Part shown: positions 50,901-60,653 of the stretch, piece by piece | Layout of the letters: every line of letters starts with the position of its first letter | Position numbering within the stretch: position 1 is the stretch's first letter | Assembly (NCBI GenBank): GCA_965246715.1 | Contig: CBDFFH010000021.1 | Span: 142,558 to 206,557, forward strand | Direction: 5' to 3' | Source: Chamaesiphon sp. | GTDB taxonomy: Bacteria; Cyanobacteriota; Cyanobacteriia; Cyanobacteriales; Chamaesiphonaceae | Length of the DNA stretch: 64,000 nucleotides | Position numbers and translations under genes: made by a program | The notes under the pieces: model-generated | Told to the model about the DNA's origin: nothing | Seen by the model: the letters and a program-made list of their open reading frames with translations, nothing else | Databases searched by the model: none

Positions 50901-52908
50901 TGCGGGCACAGTCATCAGCAATGATGTTTATGTGTTGGATATTCTCGACAGGTTGCAGACTGAGACCAAACAAGATACTGGTGCTAGAACGATCTCATAC
51001 GATAATACCGACCAAGTTACTACTGTTTTTGGTAGTAATACCGAAGCGTATACCTACGATAAAAATGGCAATCGGTTGAATGCTGGTTATGCGACGGGTT
51101 CGGGGAATCGGTTGTTGTCGGATGGGACGTATAGCTATGACTACGATGCTGAGGGGAATCGGACGCAGCGGACGAAGATTGTCGGTGGTAATGTCGATCT
51201 GTATACGTGGGATTATCGGAATCGGTTAATGTCGATCGTGTCTAAGACTAGCATTACTGGGACTGTGACGCGGACTGTGGGTTATGAGTATGATGTGGAC
51301 GATCGGCGAGTCAAGAAGACTGTTGATGGTGTGGTGGAGAACTACTATATCGACAGAGACCAGATTGCGTTTGTGACTGATGGTGGTGGGAACCAGACGT
51401 TCCATTATCTGTATGGGTTGAATGTGGATGCTGTGATGGCTCAGGACTCTCCTGCGGGGATGGTGTGGGCGTTGGCGGACAGGTTGGGGAGTATCGATAC
51501 GCTGACGGATAAGGATGGGGTGGTTGTCGATAAGCGGACGTTCGATAGTTTCGGACGGGTGTTGAGCCAGATGAATCTTAGTGTGAGTTTCCGGTATGGG
51601 TATACGGGACGGGAACGGGATCTGGAGAGTGGGTTGGATTATTATCGAGCGCGATATTATGACCCGCAGGTGGGACGGTTTATTAGTGTTGACCCGATGG
51701 GGTTTGGGGCTGGGGATACTAATCTCTATCGCTATGTTGGGAATAATTCGACTAATGCCACAGATCCTACTGGGATGTTTTCTTTGGACGATCTCGGTAA
51801 CTATGCCTATGGTGGATTGGAAAATACTGATAAGTTCGTGGCTGGCTTCGCTCATTTAGTGACAGGTGGCTATACTACGCAGCTTCGCAATGAAGTTTAT
51901 GGCGATAAGGTTGCGGGACAGCATGAGGGGTGGTTATTCAATGCTGGTCAAGTTGCTGGTTTTGGGGTGAGTCTTGCGTTAGGTTTTGCTACTCCCAATG
52001 CCCTGGTTGGGGTTAGTGCAGCGGGGCGGATAGCGCAAGGCTACACGAGCGCCCAGGCGGGGATTGGTTCTTACAATACTACGACGAAGATTCTTGATGG
52101 CAAGATGGATTGGAGTAATCCACTCAGCTATCTGGAGGTGGCGGGGAGTTATGCTCCTGCGATTGGGGCTGCGGCTAGACAGTTTGGTAAGCTTGGGGTG
52201 GTTCAGAATGCGATCGCTAAGGCTACGGCTGTTGGTGAGAATGTTTGGAATGGTGCTAGTGGTAAGCTGGGCAAGCTAAATCAAGCTGCTGGAGATTTAC
52301 TATCTGATGGTAGAAATGCGTGGAATAAGTTAGGCTCAGAATATGCTCTAGTCGATGACTTTTTACAGCCTGGGTATGCAGGTAACACTTTTACTCAGCA
52401 AATTGGTGAAGGATTCCAGCATTATTTTGCTTCAACTAAAGGAGCGATTGAGAAGAGACTTGAGAAAACAGTTACAGTAACAGGAGGAAGTGTACGTGGT
52501 TTTAGAAATGGAGGAGAAATGATGGAGAGAGCTGGCAACCTTAAAAATCGTCTTCAAGCTCTTGAGATACCTGATTATCAAATCGGAATTCGTGGTAGTG
52601 CGGTTTCTGGTATATCTAGCAAAGGTGGATTTTTTAGATGGCTCAGAGGAGAGTTAAAAGCAAGTGATGTTGATTTTTATATCACCAGTGAAGATCTAGA
52701 AAAGAAATTTAATTCCTATTTTACTAACAGGGGAGTTTTAAAGCCAGAAAACCTTAAAAAAATAGATCCTAAGCTATATGAAGTTTTCAAGAAATTCTCA
52801 GAAGAAACATCTGAACAAATTGGAAGAAGCGCAAATATTAGATTAATTAGACGAGAGGTAATTGAAAAATCTTCTGGAAATGAGTTTGTGACACTTCGCC
52901 AAAGTTAA
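47980..52908 (+). CDS. 5'-truncated RHS/YD-repeat polymorphic toxin 1 with a nucleotidyltransferase-like tip
   Basis: YD repeats, RHS core YTGRERD...ARYYDP..GRF...DPTG; frame open from 47932 with no ATG before the RHS-like sequence. Confidence 0.9.
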   Translation, partial: KIDRITKQTTADGGTTEYKYNDIRDLESVTVKSSGDPVGRIVGYKYYADRQIKDVVTEVLLIGSNISSLTTPLSTTTHYEYSPPTPAPTAPNPTPTITTTVTGGGQTRVTIDKYDRYQRLLESTNPIGVRTTNKYFEDGQIKSSSVRGFDSSNTLVTYETKSKYDELGRKNQVIDALGHSTLMDYDLVGNVMSMTDANGHITSNIYDNLNRKTQTTTSVTTYDLATDTPIVSNLTTRYTYDKNSNVISIEDPLGRITENTYDALNRQTKTISNALGSGNEIATTKYSYDGVGNLITTIDANNHPTYYEYDAVNRQNKVTDALGKVTSQKTYDAFGRVISSTNTYGETTTTTYNDQYHTSTTTNSLGTSTQQTDAYGNIFSTTDALGRTNTYLYDSLNRRIQSTDYRGGVVIDAYDSFNNLALHRDASLNLIEYKYDALNRRTNIKDSIGQISRIVYDNVGNKIDEYLTVDTGVERHNEYKSDRLNRQYAMTTAVGTLAAATMRTSYDKVGNVIGTKDALGRITKSIYDNLNRQTDITQAFGTTDATTTHYTYDKVGNRLSETNGRGYKTAYTYDALNRQIESRDPYQISDPINDPPTKIEYFDKTATVSTVLSELAGFITPAVGAMTTKVIKTTDALNHTTYTLYDRFERQIATYDATKHQTSATEYDSVDRVIAATDTFGKITTTSYATDNLHQTTTSPTGVILLETFDTAGRTTTENEQVGGVIRATHYDYDKRNRQTKITDAEGGVTRYEYYLDNQTKSVTDAAAMPNITSYIYDIAGRLIQENSPLGSRYYQYDLVNNRTQGTDRIGRITRYDYDNLNRVKSETWVGGNQQFTYIYDENSNLRSADDGNIKYTYSYDQTDLVERVNRIQTGKPTVSFEYKYDNVGNLTTAEEFIANNPTATTIYTYNSRNLNTEIVQTGTGLVNKDVKFTYDAAGLNTKVERYVDGLLKLTTTNAYDTHGRLTGIKQENIAGTVISNDVYVLDILDRLQTETKQDTGARTISYDNTDQVTTVFGSNTEAYTYDKNGNRLNAGYATGSGNRLLSDGTYSYDYDAEGNRTQRTKIVGGNVDLYTWDYRNRLMSIVSKTSITGTVTRTVGYEYDVDDRRVKKTVDGVVENYYIDRDQIAFVTDGGGNQTFHYLYGLNVDAVMAQDSPAGMVWALADRLGSIDTLTDKDGVVVDKRTFDSFGRVLSQMNLSVSFRYGYTGRERDLESGLDYYRARYYDPQVGRFISVDPMGFGAGDTNLYRYVGNNSTNATDPTGMFSLDDLGNYAYGGLENTDKFVAGFAHLVTGGYTTQLRNEVYGDKVAGQHEGWLFNAGQVAGFGVSLALGFATPNALVGVSAAGRIAQGYTSAQAGIGSYNTTTKILDGKMDWSNPLSYLEVAGSYAPAIGAAARQFGKLGVVQNAIAKATAVGENVWNGASGKLGKLNQAAGDLLSDGRNAWNKLGSEYALVDDFLQPGYAGNTFTQQIGEGFQHYFASTKGAIEKRLEKTVTVTGGSVRGFRNGGEMMERAGNLKNRLQALEIPDYQIGIRGSAVSGISSKGGFFRWLRGELKASDVDFYITSEDLEKKFNSYFTNRGVLKPENLKKIDPKLYEVFKKFSEETSEQIGRSANIRLIRREVIEKSSGNEFVTLRQS

Positions 52909-52925
52909 CTATTTTTTTACAGTGA

Positions 52926-53798
52926 GTGAAACATATGAGTATTAATCACATTATTTTGGTGCAAAATGATTTGAGTAATCCATCGATCAAGTATGAGTAT
53001 CATGCTGCTTATTCTAAGAAAACAGGACAAACCGTTATACAAGCAAAGTTTGAAGGAGTATGCCAAAGTTTTACTGATGTAAAATTCATGAAGTGGAGGT
53101 GCGAAGAAGTATTAACCTCCATTGAATCTGGTATTATTTTCTTGATTGATTTCACTCAGTTAGAAATTACAAATTCGTCTGAAATCAATGTATTATTTGA
53201 AGAATATCAAAGATTTCACAGAGATTTTTGTGTGATATTTAGGGATGAGCAATTGCTGGACACATTTGGCAAGCTTTTGCTTAAACATCAGAAAAGCACT
53301 GAGATGCTTTCTGGAATGAATGATTTAATTAAATTCATGATTGTAAATGAACGCTTCTATCGCAAATTCAAAGAGTCTGATTTTAAGGATTTCTTGCAAA
53401 AAGCAAAAATGGATCTGTATGTTATCGAGGAAAGTCATGTAAAATGCCAATCATTTAAGTTGTTAAAAAATGATGAAGATACAAACATAGTTTTGATAAA
53501 TTTTTGGGGAGATTATAGATATGGATCTGGTGGAGATGGTGATGGTGATTTCATATCCTATAGAATGCAAGAGATCTGTGATGTGACAATGCCTGTGGGG
53601 ATGATTATAGACATTAGTAATTTGCAATATACTTGGGGGGATAACATAGACTTTTATCCTTACGAAATTAAGGAGAAAAATATTCCTGTAAAATTCATTG
53701 TGGATTTTTCAAAAGAGGCTCTTGTAAATGAAGTTAGAGAGCAGGATATCTGCAAGGATCTTGAAGAGGGATTGAGAATGATAATGCTATCAAGGTAG
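52926..53798 (+). CDS. Putative immunity protein for RHS1 (two similar halves)
   Basis: AT-rich gene 17 bp after the toxin stop; acidic. Confidence 0.7.
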   Translation: MKHMSINHIILVQNDLSNPSIKYEYHAAYSKKTGQTVIQAKFEGVCQSFTDVKFMKWRCEEVLTSIESGIIFLIDFTQLEITNSSEINVLFEEYQRFHRDFCVIFRDEQLLDTFGKLLLKHQKSTEMLSGMNDLIKFMIVNERFYRKFKESDFKDFLQKAKMDLYVIEESHVKCQSFKLLKNDEDTNIVLINFWGDYRYGSGGDGDGDFISYRMQEICDVTMPVGMIIDISNLQYTWGDNIDFYPYEIKEKNIPVKFIVDFSKEALVNEVREQDICKDLEEGLRMIMLSR

Positions 53799-53811
53799 TC
53801 TGGTCAAGCCA

Positions 53812-54230
53812 GTAGGGTGGGCAATGCCCACCACTTCAAATCGAGACGGATCAACGACTTTGGCTTGTTCTCTTGCTTGACGATTTGGAATACTCAATCG
53901 CTGTTGATTCGATCGCATTTATGAGATGAATATCGATAGTAGTAGCCGTAAAAATGTAGGGTGGGCAAGGTGCCCACAGACAATCTCATCCGAAGCGATA
54001 ACTTCAGATTGAGGCTCACTCTCGATGCTAATATTTTCTGCTCGATCGCACTCGATCGTGATGTTTGGATCGATCGAATATGAATAATGTTCGATCGCTT
54101 AGGTATTTTCTAATTGCGATCGAAGGAATTGTAATTGATCGATAGTAGTAGTCAAGCCCAGTAGGGTGGGCAGATGCCCACAGACAAGCTTGTGCGGAGC
54201 AACAACTTTGGCATGTTCTCTCGATCTTGA
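53812..54230 (+). repeat. REP array and conserved spacer, copy B
   Basis: GTAGGGTGGGCA...TGCCCAC at 53812, 53956 and 54161. Confidence 0.9.
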
Positions 54231-54237
54231 TGAATAG

Positions 54238-54661
54238 GGTAGTGTTCCAGATGTGTTGTTCAAGGAATAGTTAAACCAAAAGCGACCCTATTCATAAATA
54301 AACCAATTACTAGATCGTGCATCACAACTGATTTAGAAAAACAAATCGTCCTTCGAGCCAACCTTTTAATCCGCGTCCGCAAAGTTAAATGCTTCCGCTC
54401 GATTCTCTGCGTGTGCCGCTTGCCCACAGTATGAAGATCCAAATCGATATGTCGCTCGTAAGCACCCCATCCATCACTATAAAATTGCGTAATCCCAAAT
54501 GGTTCTAATAGAGATTTTAGCTTGATGAAAGCCTTGTCCTTTCGGTCTGCCAGTACATAAGCTAACACCTCACCACTTACATGGTCGATTGCCCACCACA
54601 ACCACCTTGGCTGCCGCTTGGATTGCACGAAGCTCCACATTTCATCTACCTCTGCTTCTAG
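54238..54661 (-). pseudogene. IS1-family remnant (3' part of InsB and one terminal repeat)
   Basis: VDEMWSFV..K...WLW.AID, SDGW..Y, TQRIER...LRTRIKRL.R.T.CFSK; end GGTAGTGTTCCA at 54238. Confidence 0.88.
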
Positions 54662-54688
54662 AGGTAGAAATGTAGGGTGGGCACTGCC

Positions 54689-54846
54689 TAGGCTGTTGAC
54701 TCTGTGCCTTTTTAGGGGGTAAAAATTCATGCAAAATATGCGATCGATTTTGAGTGAAAGTCCATCCAGTAAAGGCTTTGAGTTCACAGGAATACAAAAA
54801 GTGCATGAACAAAAAATGGAGAAATCCCAACAAAGTCAACAGCCTA
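54689..54846. mobile_element. 158-bp MITE inserted into a REP
   Basis: 13-bp perfect terminal inverted repeats TAGGCTGTTGACT; 9-bp duplication GGCACTGCC at 54680-54688 and 54847-54855. Confidence 0.92.
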
Positions 54847-54911
54847 GGCACTGCCCACGATCGACCCTTTACGGAGCAATAACTTCAGCTCTATCCTCAT
54901 CAAAGAAAACA

Positions 54912-55751
54912 TTAAGTGCCAGGAGATCGATCGAGCCAAGCCAGTAAAGCAGAAACATCAGAAAAGCCTAAAAACTCCTCACCCAAAATCTCTAACTCCT
55001 CAGTAGATAGAACCTGAATTCGGTCGAGGGTAGCAGAATCGATCGCCCCAAATTTTCGGTTTAGCTGTCGATTTAAAAATCTTACAGCCTCCTGCTGCTC
55101 ACCTTTCTGTTCGCCTTTTTGTAAAATATCCTGATAAATAACAGACTCTTGCATGATATCCTCGCTTAATAACTGCCGAATTAAACTCTTCTCAAACCGC
55201 AACCCCGCCAAGATCTCAGTATAACCTGCCGTATCCTGCCTGTCCTGTTGCCTCTCTATTTTAGCCACCTCCAACGCCACCTGCGACAACAAATCTCGTG
55301 GTGAATCAGTTTGGCACAACGGAGCTAACGGTAATAAAGCCAAATTTCCTAAAAATAAACTCGCATCCTGTTCCCACATCCGCAGCGAGCGATAACTATG
55401 CGTAGTTGTTTCATCTACATACTCCTGCATCCGCGCAATTTCATCATCCGTCTCCTGTAAAAAGATTACCACCTGCAAAACTGAACACTTATACTGGCGT
55501 TTCAACCTCACAGAATAATCCAACATCCGAAACGGAATCCCTGGTTTAGACAGTGTTAGGGTTTGAAACTCAATATGTAGGATTTGACTGGAAGTTTGAA
55601 TGAAAATCACCGAATCAGCTCGAATTGGTTCGATACTCAGCTCAGTTTTCAATACTTTAATATTTCTAGCCTCATCACCAGTCAACCATCTGACAAAATC
55701 TGCTGGGTATTTTTCAGCTAGCAGCTTACAGACATTATCAAAACTCATCAA
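54912..55751 (-). CDS. Rpn family nuclease/putative transposase with a DUF4351-like C-terminus
   Basis: FDNVCK.LAE, IRADSV, ILHIEFQT, RMLDY, MQESVIYQDI, LE.LGE..L.F.....L..WL. Confidence 0.88.
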   Translation of the reverse strand: MMSFDNVCKLLAEKYPADFVRWLTGDEARNIKVLKTELSIEPIRADSVIFIQTSSQILHIEFQTLTLSKPGIPFRMLDYSVRLKRQYKCSVLQVVIFLQETDDEIARMQEYVDETTTHSYRSLRMWEQDASLFLGNLALLPLAPLCQTDSPRDLLSQVALEVAKIERQQDRQDTAGYTEILAGLRFEKSLIRQLLSEDIMQESVIYQDILQKGEQKGEQQEAVRFLNRQLNRKFGAIDSATLDRIQVLSTEELEILGEEFLGFSDVSALLAWLDRSPGT

Positions 55752-56230
55752 TCTTTAATTGTCAGGATAAATTATCTCCATATTTGGTCATATTACCACG
55801 AGCGCCAAATCGCCACCTACGACGAGACCAAACATCGAACCTCAGCCAGCAAATACGACGCTGTAGACCGCCTAATTGCAGCGACCGACACATTCGATCG
55901 AACAACCACTTACACCTACCTCGATCTCCCCAGAACGAAAATTACCGTCGATGCGCTCGGGTTAACCACTACCGAAACTACTGACAAAGCGGGAAATCTG
56001 ATTAACGTTATCGATTCGCTCCATGCAGCCGCGACAACTTATCTATACGACAAACGCAATCGTCAAACCCGCATTACCGATGCCGAAGGTGGTACCACTA
56101 ATTATGATTATTACGCCGATAACCAGACTAAATCTGTTACCGATGCCGCTCCTACGCCTAACATCACCACTTATTTCTACGATGTAGCAGGAAGACTGAT
56201 TCAAGAAGACTCCGCATTAGGCAGTCGTTA

Positions 56231-57718
56231 CAGGGTGAACGCATCAAAACAGGATTTATTTCGATCGAGAGCCACTAAAATAGGCGATTAATGATATTCG
56301 ATTGCTTAACTACAATTACGACAATATCAATAAAATCGAAACCAAAGACGAGGTTAAATTAACTCAATTTAGTCCGGCAAAAGTGCGGCTAAAGATATTT
56401 AGCCAAATTCATACTCTGGGGTTAGTTAAATTTAGGCTAAAATAGCCTCTAGAAGTTCGCGCGAATATTCTTCATCAAGGCTCGCAAGAAATCGCTTCTT
56501 CCTAACACTTAGTTTTCGACTCTTGTTCTGACTCATTATATTAACTGCTATATGTCTTAAAACAGCAAAATTAGCTGGAGCATTATCTTTTCTAATTCGA
56601 CTAATGTCTTCTTTGAAAATAACATCAAGTACCCAATGAAGTGAATTTTCTATCGACCAATGACCTCTGATTGCTTCTGCTAGTTTTTCAACATTATCTT
56701 CTAAGCTACTGATGAAATAACGAGCTTCTACGCTGGTTTTTTCATTGACAACTCGAACTGATTCTACCATGCAAATACTAGTCAGATTTTGCCATTTTAG
56801 CAATGGATCTATTGATGTTGCAATGTCTGATATCATTAGGTAATTACGAGTTTCCTCTCTACCTCTATTCATCTCTCTACTGCTGAAGCTATGCGTTTTC
56901 AGACTTTCACCACGAGTTTTAATCGCCTGTTTGAATAGCTGTTCTACCCTTTCATATAAACTTGGTTGATTCTTTTTGACAGCAATTACATAATCTGCTT
57001 CTTTTTTGACAATTTTCTTGACTATTTCTCGCTGACATCCCATTGCATCAATTGTCACTATACATCCAGCTAGATCTAAGGCATTAATCAACTCAGGCAA
57101 TGCAGTAATTTCATTTGATTTACTCTCGACTTTTGTTTGTCCTAATACTAATCTATTACTTGCTGCCCAAGCACTGACCGTATTAATTACTCCTTTACCA
57201 TTTTTTTCGTCTCTTGAATTTCGAGATTGTTCTCCATCAAATGCGATTATCTCTCCTGCTGTTATTTTACTTATTCCTTTAATCCAATGCAGGAAAGATT
57301 TATTGAATTCTTCAGGATTAATTTGTGAAAATACCCGTGCAAATGTATCGTGAGATGGTATCCCATTCGGTAATTCTAGAAATTCCTCCAGCCATTTTTT
57401 TCTGGTGATGCCATACAGCTCTATGTCTTCCCATCCATCTGCTCCACATACTACTGCACAAATCGAGATCGTGATAATATCGATTAGTTTGTGTTTTTTC
57501 CCCCGTTCAATTCTAATGTCTTTTATGTCACCAAAGTGTTCTGCGATACTATGCCTTGGCTTTAGCTTCATTTGACGCGATCTGAATTTCCAATAAATAT
57601 AACATAATTAACTGGCTATACTTGTTTACCATTAAAGCTTTCATACTTTTCGTAATTCAAATCTGCAACTGATTTGCGAGGATTTTAAATAGTAGGAAAT
57701 TTAAGTGCGTTCACCCTG
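56231..57718 (-). mobile_element. ISAs1-family insertion sequence, copy 2 (1488 bp, inverted)
   Basis: Same terminal repeats as copy 1; 10-bp target duplication GCAGTCGTTA. Confidence 0.96.
56432..57571 (-). CDS. ISAs1 family transposase
   Basis: Identical to copy 1 except DGK to DGE. Confidence 0.96.
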   Translation of the reverse strand: MKLKPRHSIAEHFGDIKDIRIERGKKHKLIDIITISICAVVCGADGWEDIELYGITRKKWLEEFLELPNGIPSHDTFARVFSQINPEEFNKSFLHWIKGISKITAGEIIAFDGEQSRNSRDEKNGKGVINTVSAWAASNRLVLGQTKVESKSNEITALPELINALDLAGCIVTIDAMGCQREIVKKIVKKEADYVIAVKKNQPSLYERVEQLFKQAIKTRGESLKTHSFSSREMNRGREETRNYLMISDIATSIDPLLKWQNLTSICMVESVRVVNEKTSVEARYFISSLEDNVEKLAEAIRGHWSIENSLHWVLDVIFKEDISRIRKDNAPANFAVLRHIAVNIMSQNKSRKLSVRKKRFLASLDEEYSRELLEAILA

Positions 57719-60329
57719 GCAGTCGTTACTATCAATCCGATCTCGTCAACAATCGGACACAAGGTACAGACCGGAGCGGACGAGTTACCCGTTACGATTA
57801 CGACAACATCAACCGCGTCAAATCCGAGATCTGGGACGGTGGTAACAAACAATTTACCTATAGCTACGACCAGAATAGCAATCGTACCAGTGCTGACGAT
57901 GGCAAGATTAAATACACATATAGTTACGACCAGACCGACTTAGTAGCACGAGTAAACCGCATTCAAACTGGCAAACCAACAGTCAGTTTTGTCTACGATT
58001 ACGATAACGTGGGCAATTTGACTACTGCTGAAGAATTTATTGCCAATAACCTCACAGCCACGACGATCTACACATATAATTCACGCAATCTCAATACCGA
58101 GATTACGCAGAATATTCCAAGATTAGCGAGTAAGGATGTCAAGTTTACTTACGATCTGGCGGGTTTAAATACGATCGTCGAGCGGTATATCGATGGCTTA
58201 TTAACTGTTAAGACGACAAATAGTTACGATCTCTATGGCCGACTGACGGGTATTAAAGATGAGCGCAATAATGCTGGGACATTTACGCCGATCGATCATC
58301 GCATTTACGATCTGGATATTCTGAGTCGCTTAAAGACTGAGACTGAGACTGTAGATGGCCTCAATCGCAGTATCGTTTACGATAATACCGACCAAGTTAA
58401 GTCGGTCACTGGTAGTAATACTGAGGCTTATGCTTACGATAAGAATGGCAATCGGTTGAATGCTGGTTATATGACTGCCAGTGGTAATCGGTTGATGTCG
58501 GATGGTGTCTATGCCTATGACTACGATGCTGAGGGGAATCGGACGAAACGGACGAAGATTGTCGGTGGTGCTGTCGATCTCTATACGTGGGATTATCGGA
58601 ATCGGTTAACTTCGATCGTTAGCAAGACTAGCATTACTGGGACTGTAACTCAGACTGTTGGCTATGAGTACGATGTGGACGATCGGCGAGTCAAGAAGAC
58701 TGTTGATGGTGTTGTTGAGAATTACTATATCGACAGAGACCAGATTGCGTTTGTGACTGATGGTAGTGGGAACCAGACGTTCCACTATTTGTATGGGCTG
58801 AATGTTGACCAGGTGTTGGCTCAGGACTCTCCTGCGGTGATGGTGTGGGCGTTGGCTGACAGGTTGGAGAGTATCGATCTGTTGACTGATAAGGATGGGG
58901 TGGTGGTCGATAAGCGGACGTTCGATAGTTTTGGACGAGTGATATCGGAGACGAATCCGAGTGTGAGTTTCCGGTATGGGTATACGGGACGGGAACGGGA
59001 TCTGGAGAGTGGGTTGGATTATTATCGAGCGCGATATTATGACCCGAATGTGGGGCGGTTTATTAGTGTTGACCCGCTGGGGTTTGGTGCTGGGGATACT
59101 AATTTGTATCGCTATGTTGGGAATAGTTCAACGAACGCTACCGATCCTAGTGGCTTGTTGTCTTGGGAAGATGTCGGTAACTATGCTTATGGTGGACTGG
59201 AAAATACCGATAAGTTTGTGGCTGGCTTTGCTGACAGACTTACTGGTGGCTATACTACTAAGCTCCGTAATGAGATCTATGGCGACAGGGTAGCGGGACA
59301 ACATGAGGGCTTTGCTTTCAATCTCGGTCAGAGTGTTGGGTTAGCAACGGGATTGGTGACAATCGGTTTGGCGACTGGTGGTGCTGGCACTATTGGTGGT
59401 GGTCTCGATCTGGGAGTTCAACTCTGGCAAAACGGTGGCGATTTCTCTAAAGTCAATCTAGACTCGATCGCGATTAGTGCGGTTAGTGGCAGGATTGGTG
59501 CTGGGGTCAGTAGTGGTTTGGGTAAGGGCGGGTCGCTGGTTGCGGGTACTGCTTTTGCTGAGAAAGGGTTGGGGCTGGCTGCGCGGATAGGCATTAATAC
59601 TGGGGTTGGGTTTAATTTAGGCTATTGGGGTAAGGTAACAGAGAATGCACTTCGTGGTGAGGAGCTGACTAATGGTGCTTGGCAAACTGGGGCTTTTGGT
59701 GCTGCGGGTGCTGCGGCGGGTGAGTTGGCTCAGGCTGGCCTAAGTAAAGCTACTTCTAGCATTAGCGAATTTTTATCACCTAACATTAAAAAAATCTCAC
59801 CAAAGGGATTAAGCACTGATTTCATAGAAGGTTCTTGGGATGGTAAACGTGTATCTGGATGGAAAAAAGGGGCATTGGGTGGGGATATATTAACCAATAG
59901 ACAACTTAATACCATTCAGGAAAATTTAAGTGAAATGGGAATCAAGCTACAACGCAGAGCAGATAAGGCCATAAAGCGTTTAGCTATAGAAGATGGAATA
60001 ATTACTGATGACTACAGCAGATTTGCAGCGGCTTTCAATAGAAAACATCAAACTGTTTTTCTGAGAAAGGATGCTACTGTCCTTCAAGCATTTCATGAAG
60101 TCCAGCACGCTACTCAATATCACAAACTCGGCGCAGAGTTATATGATAGGATTGGAACCTTTGCTCGCGAAAAATATGTTTACAATCGAATCATGAACAA
60201 TAAACACATGTTTAATGAGGCAGAGATTACTGATGCACAAAGATACATGGGCGACCTAATACAAAAAAGACAAAAAATCAAAGCTGGATTGCTGCGAGAT
60301 AATGGATTTTTACCTAAACTCAAATAACT

Positions 60330-60626
60330 TTGTCACTCAACTTACTGAAAATATCTATGAATATTCAATTGATTGAAACTGCTGAGGACGCTGTTGAATT
60401 TGCAAAAGAAGAGTTTGCGAGAAGAAATATTGATTGGAATATTTATGAGTTAGAGAATGTGTTTCAGGTTACAGATGAAATTATTACGAAATTGAGATTA
60501 AAAAATAAAAACATTGGTTGGGATGTGGATTTTATTCTCAAAGTACCTGAAGGCTTTGAGACAAGGTATCTTTTTCTGCACATCTATCCATCACTCGGAA
60601 CCTGTGAAATAGTTCAACACTGTTAG
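60330..60626 (+). CDS. Putative immunity protein for RHS2 (ATG probably at ~60357)
   Basis: Small AT-rich acidic ORF directly after the toxin stop. Confidence 0.7.
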   Translation: MSLNLLKISMNIQLIETAEDAVEFAKEEFARRNIDWNIYELENVFQVTDEIITKLRLKNKNIGWDVDFILKVPEGFETRYLFLHIYPSLGTCEIVQHC

Positions 60627-60653
60627 CTCTGTAGCGTGGGCAGAAATCTAGCC

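Larger units (their letters stand above)
55800..60327 (+). pseudogene. 5'-truncated RHS toxin 2, split by ISAs1, with a zincin metallopeptidase (Tox-MPTase4-like) tip
   Basis: Homology to RHS1 starts at ERQIATYD (55800); frame is continuous once the IS and one target copy are removed; tip AFHEVQHATQ...LG..LY...RE..VY. Confidence 0.88.

Noticed and set aside
54260..54787. 175-aa ORF as an intact IS1 transposase
   Set aside because: Its N-terminus comes from MITE and REP sequence; InsA and the left end are missing
45162..57718. Composite transposon formed by the two ISAs1 copies
   Set aside because: Each copy has its own separate target duplication; there is no shared outer duplication
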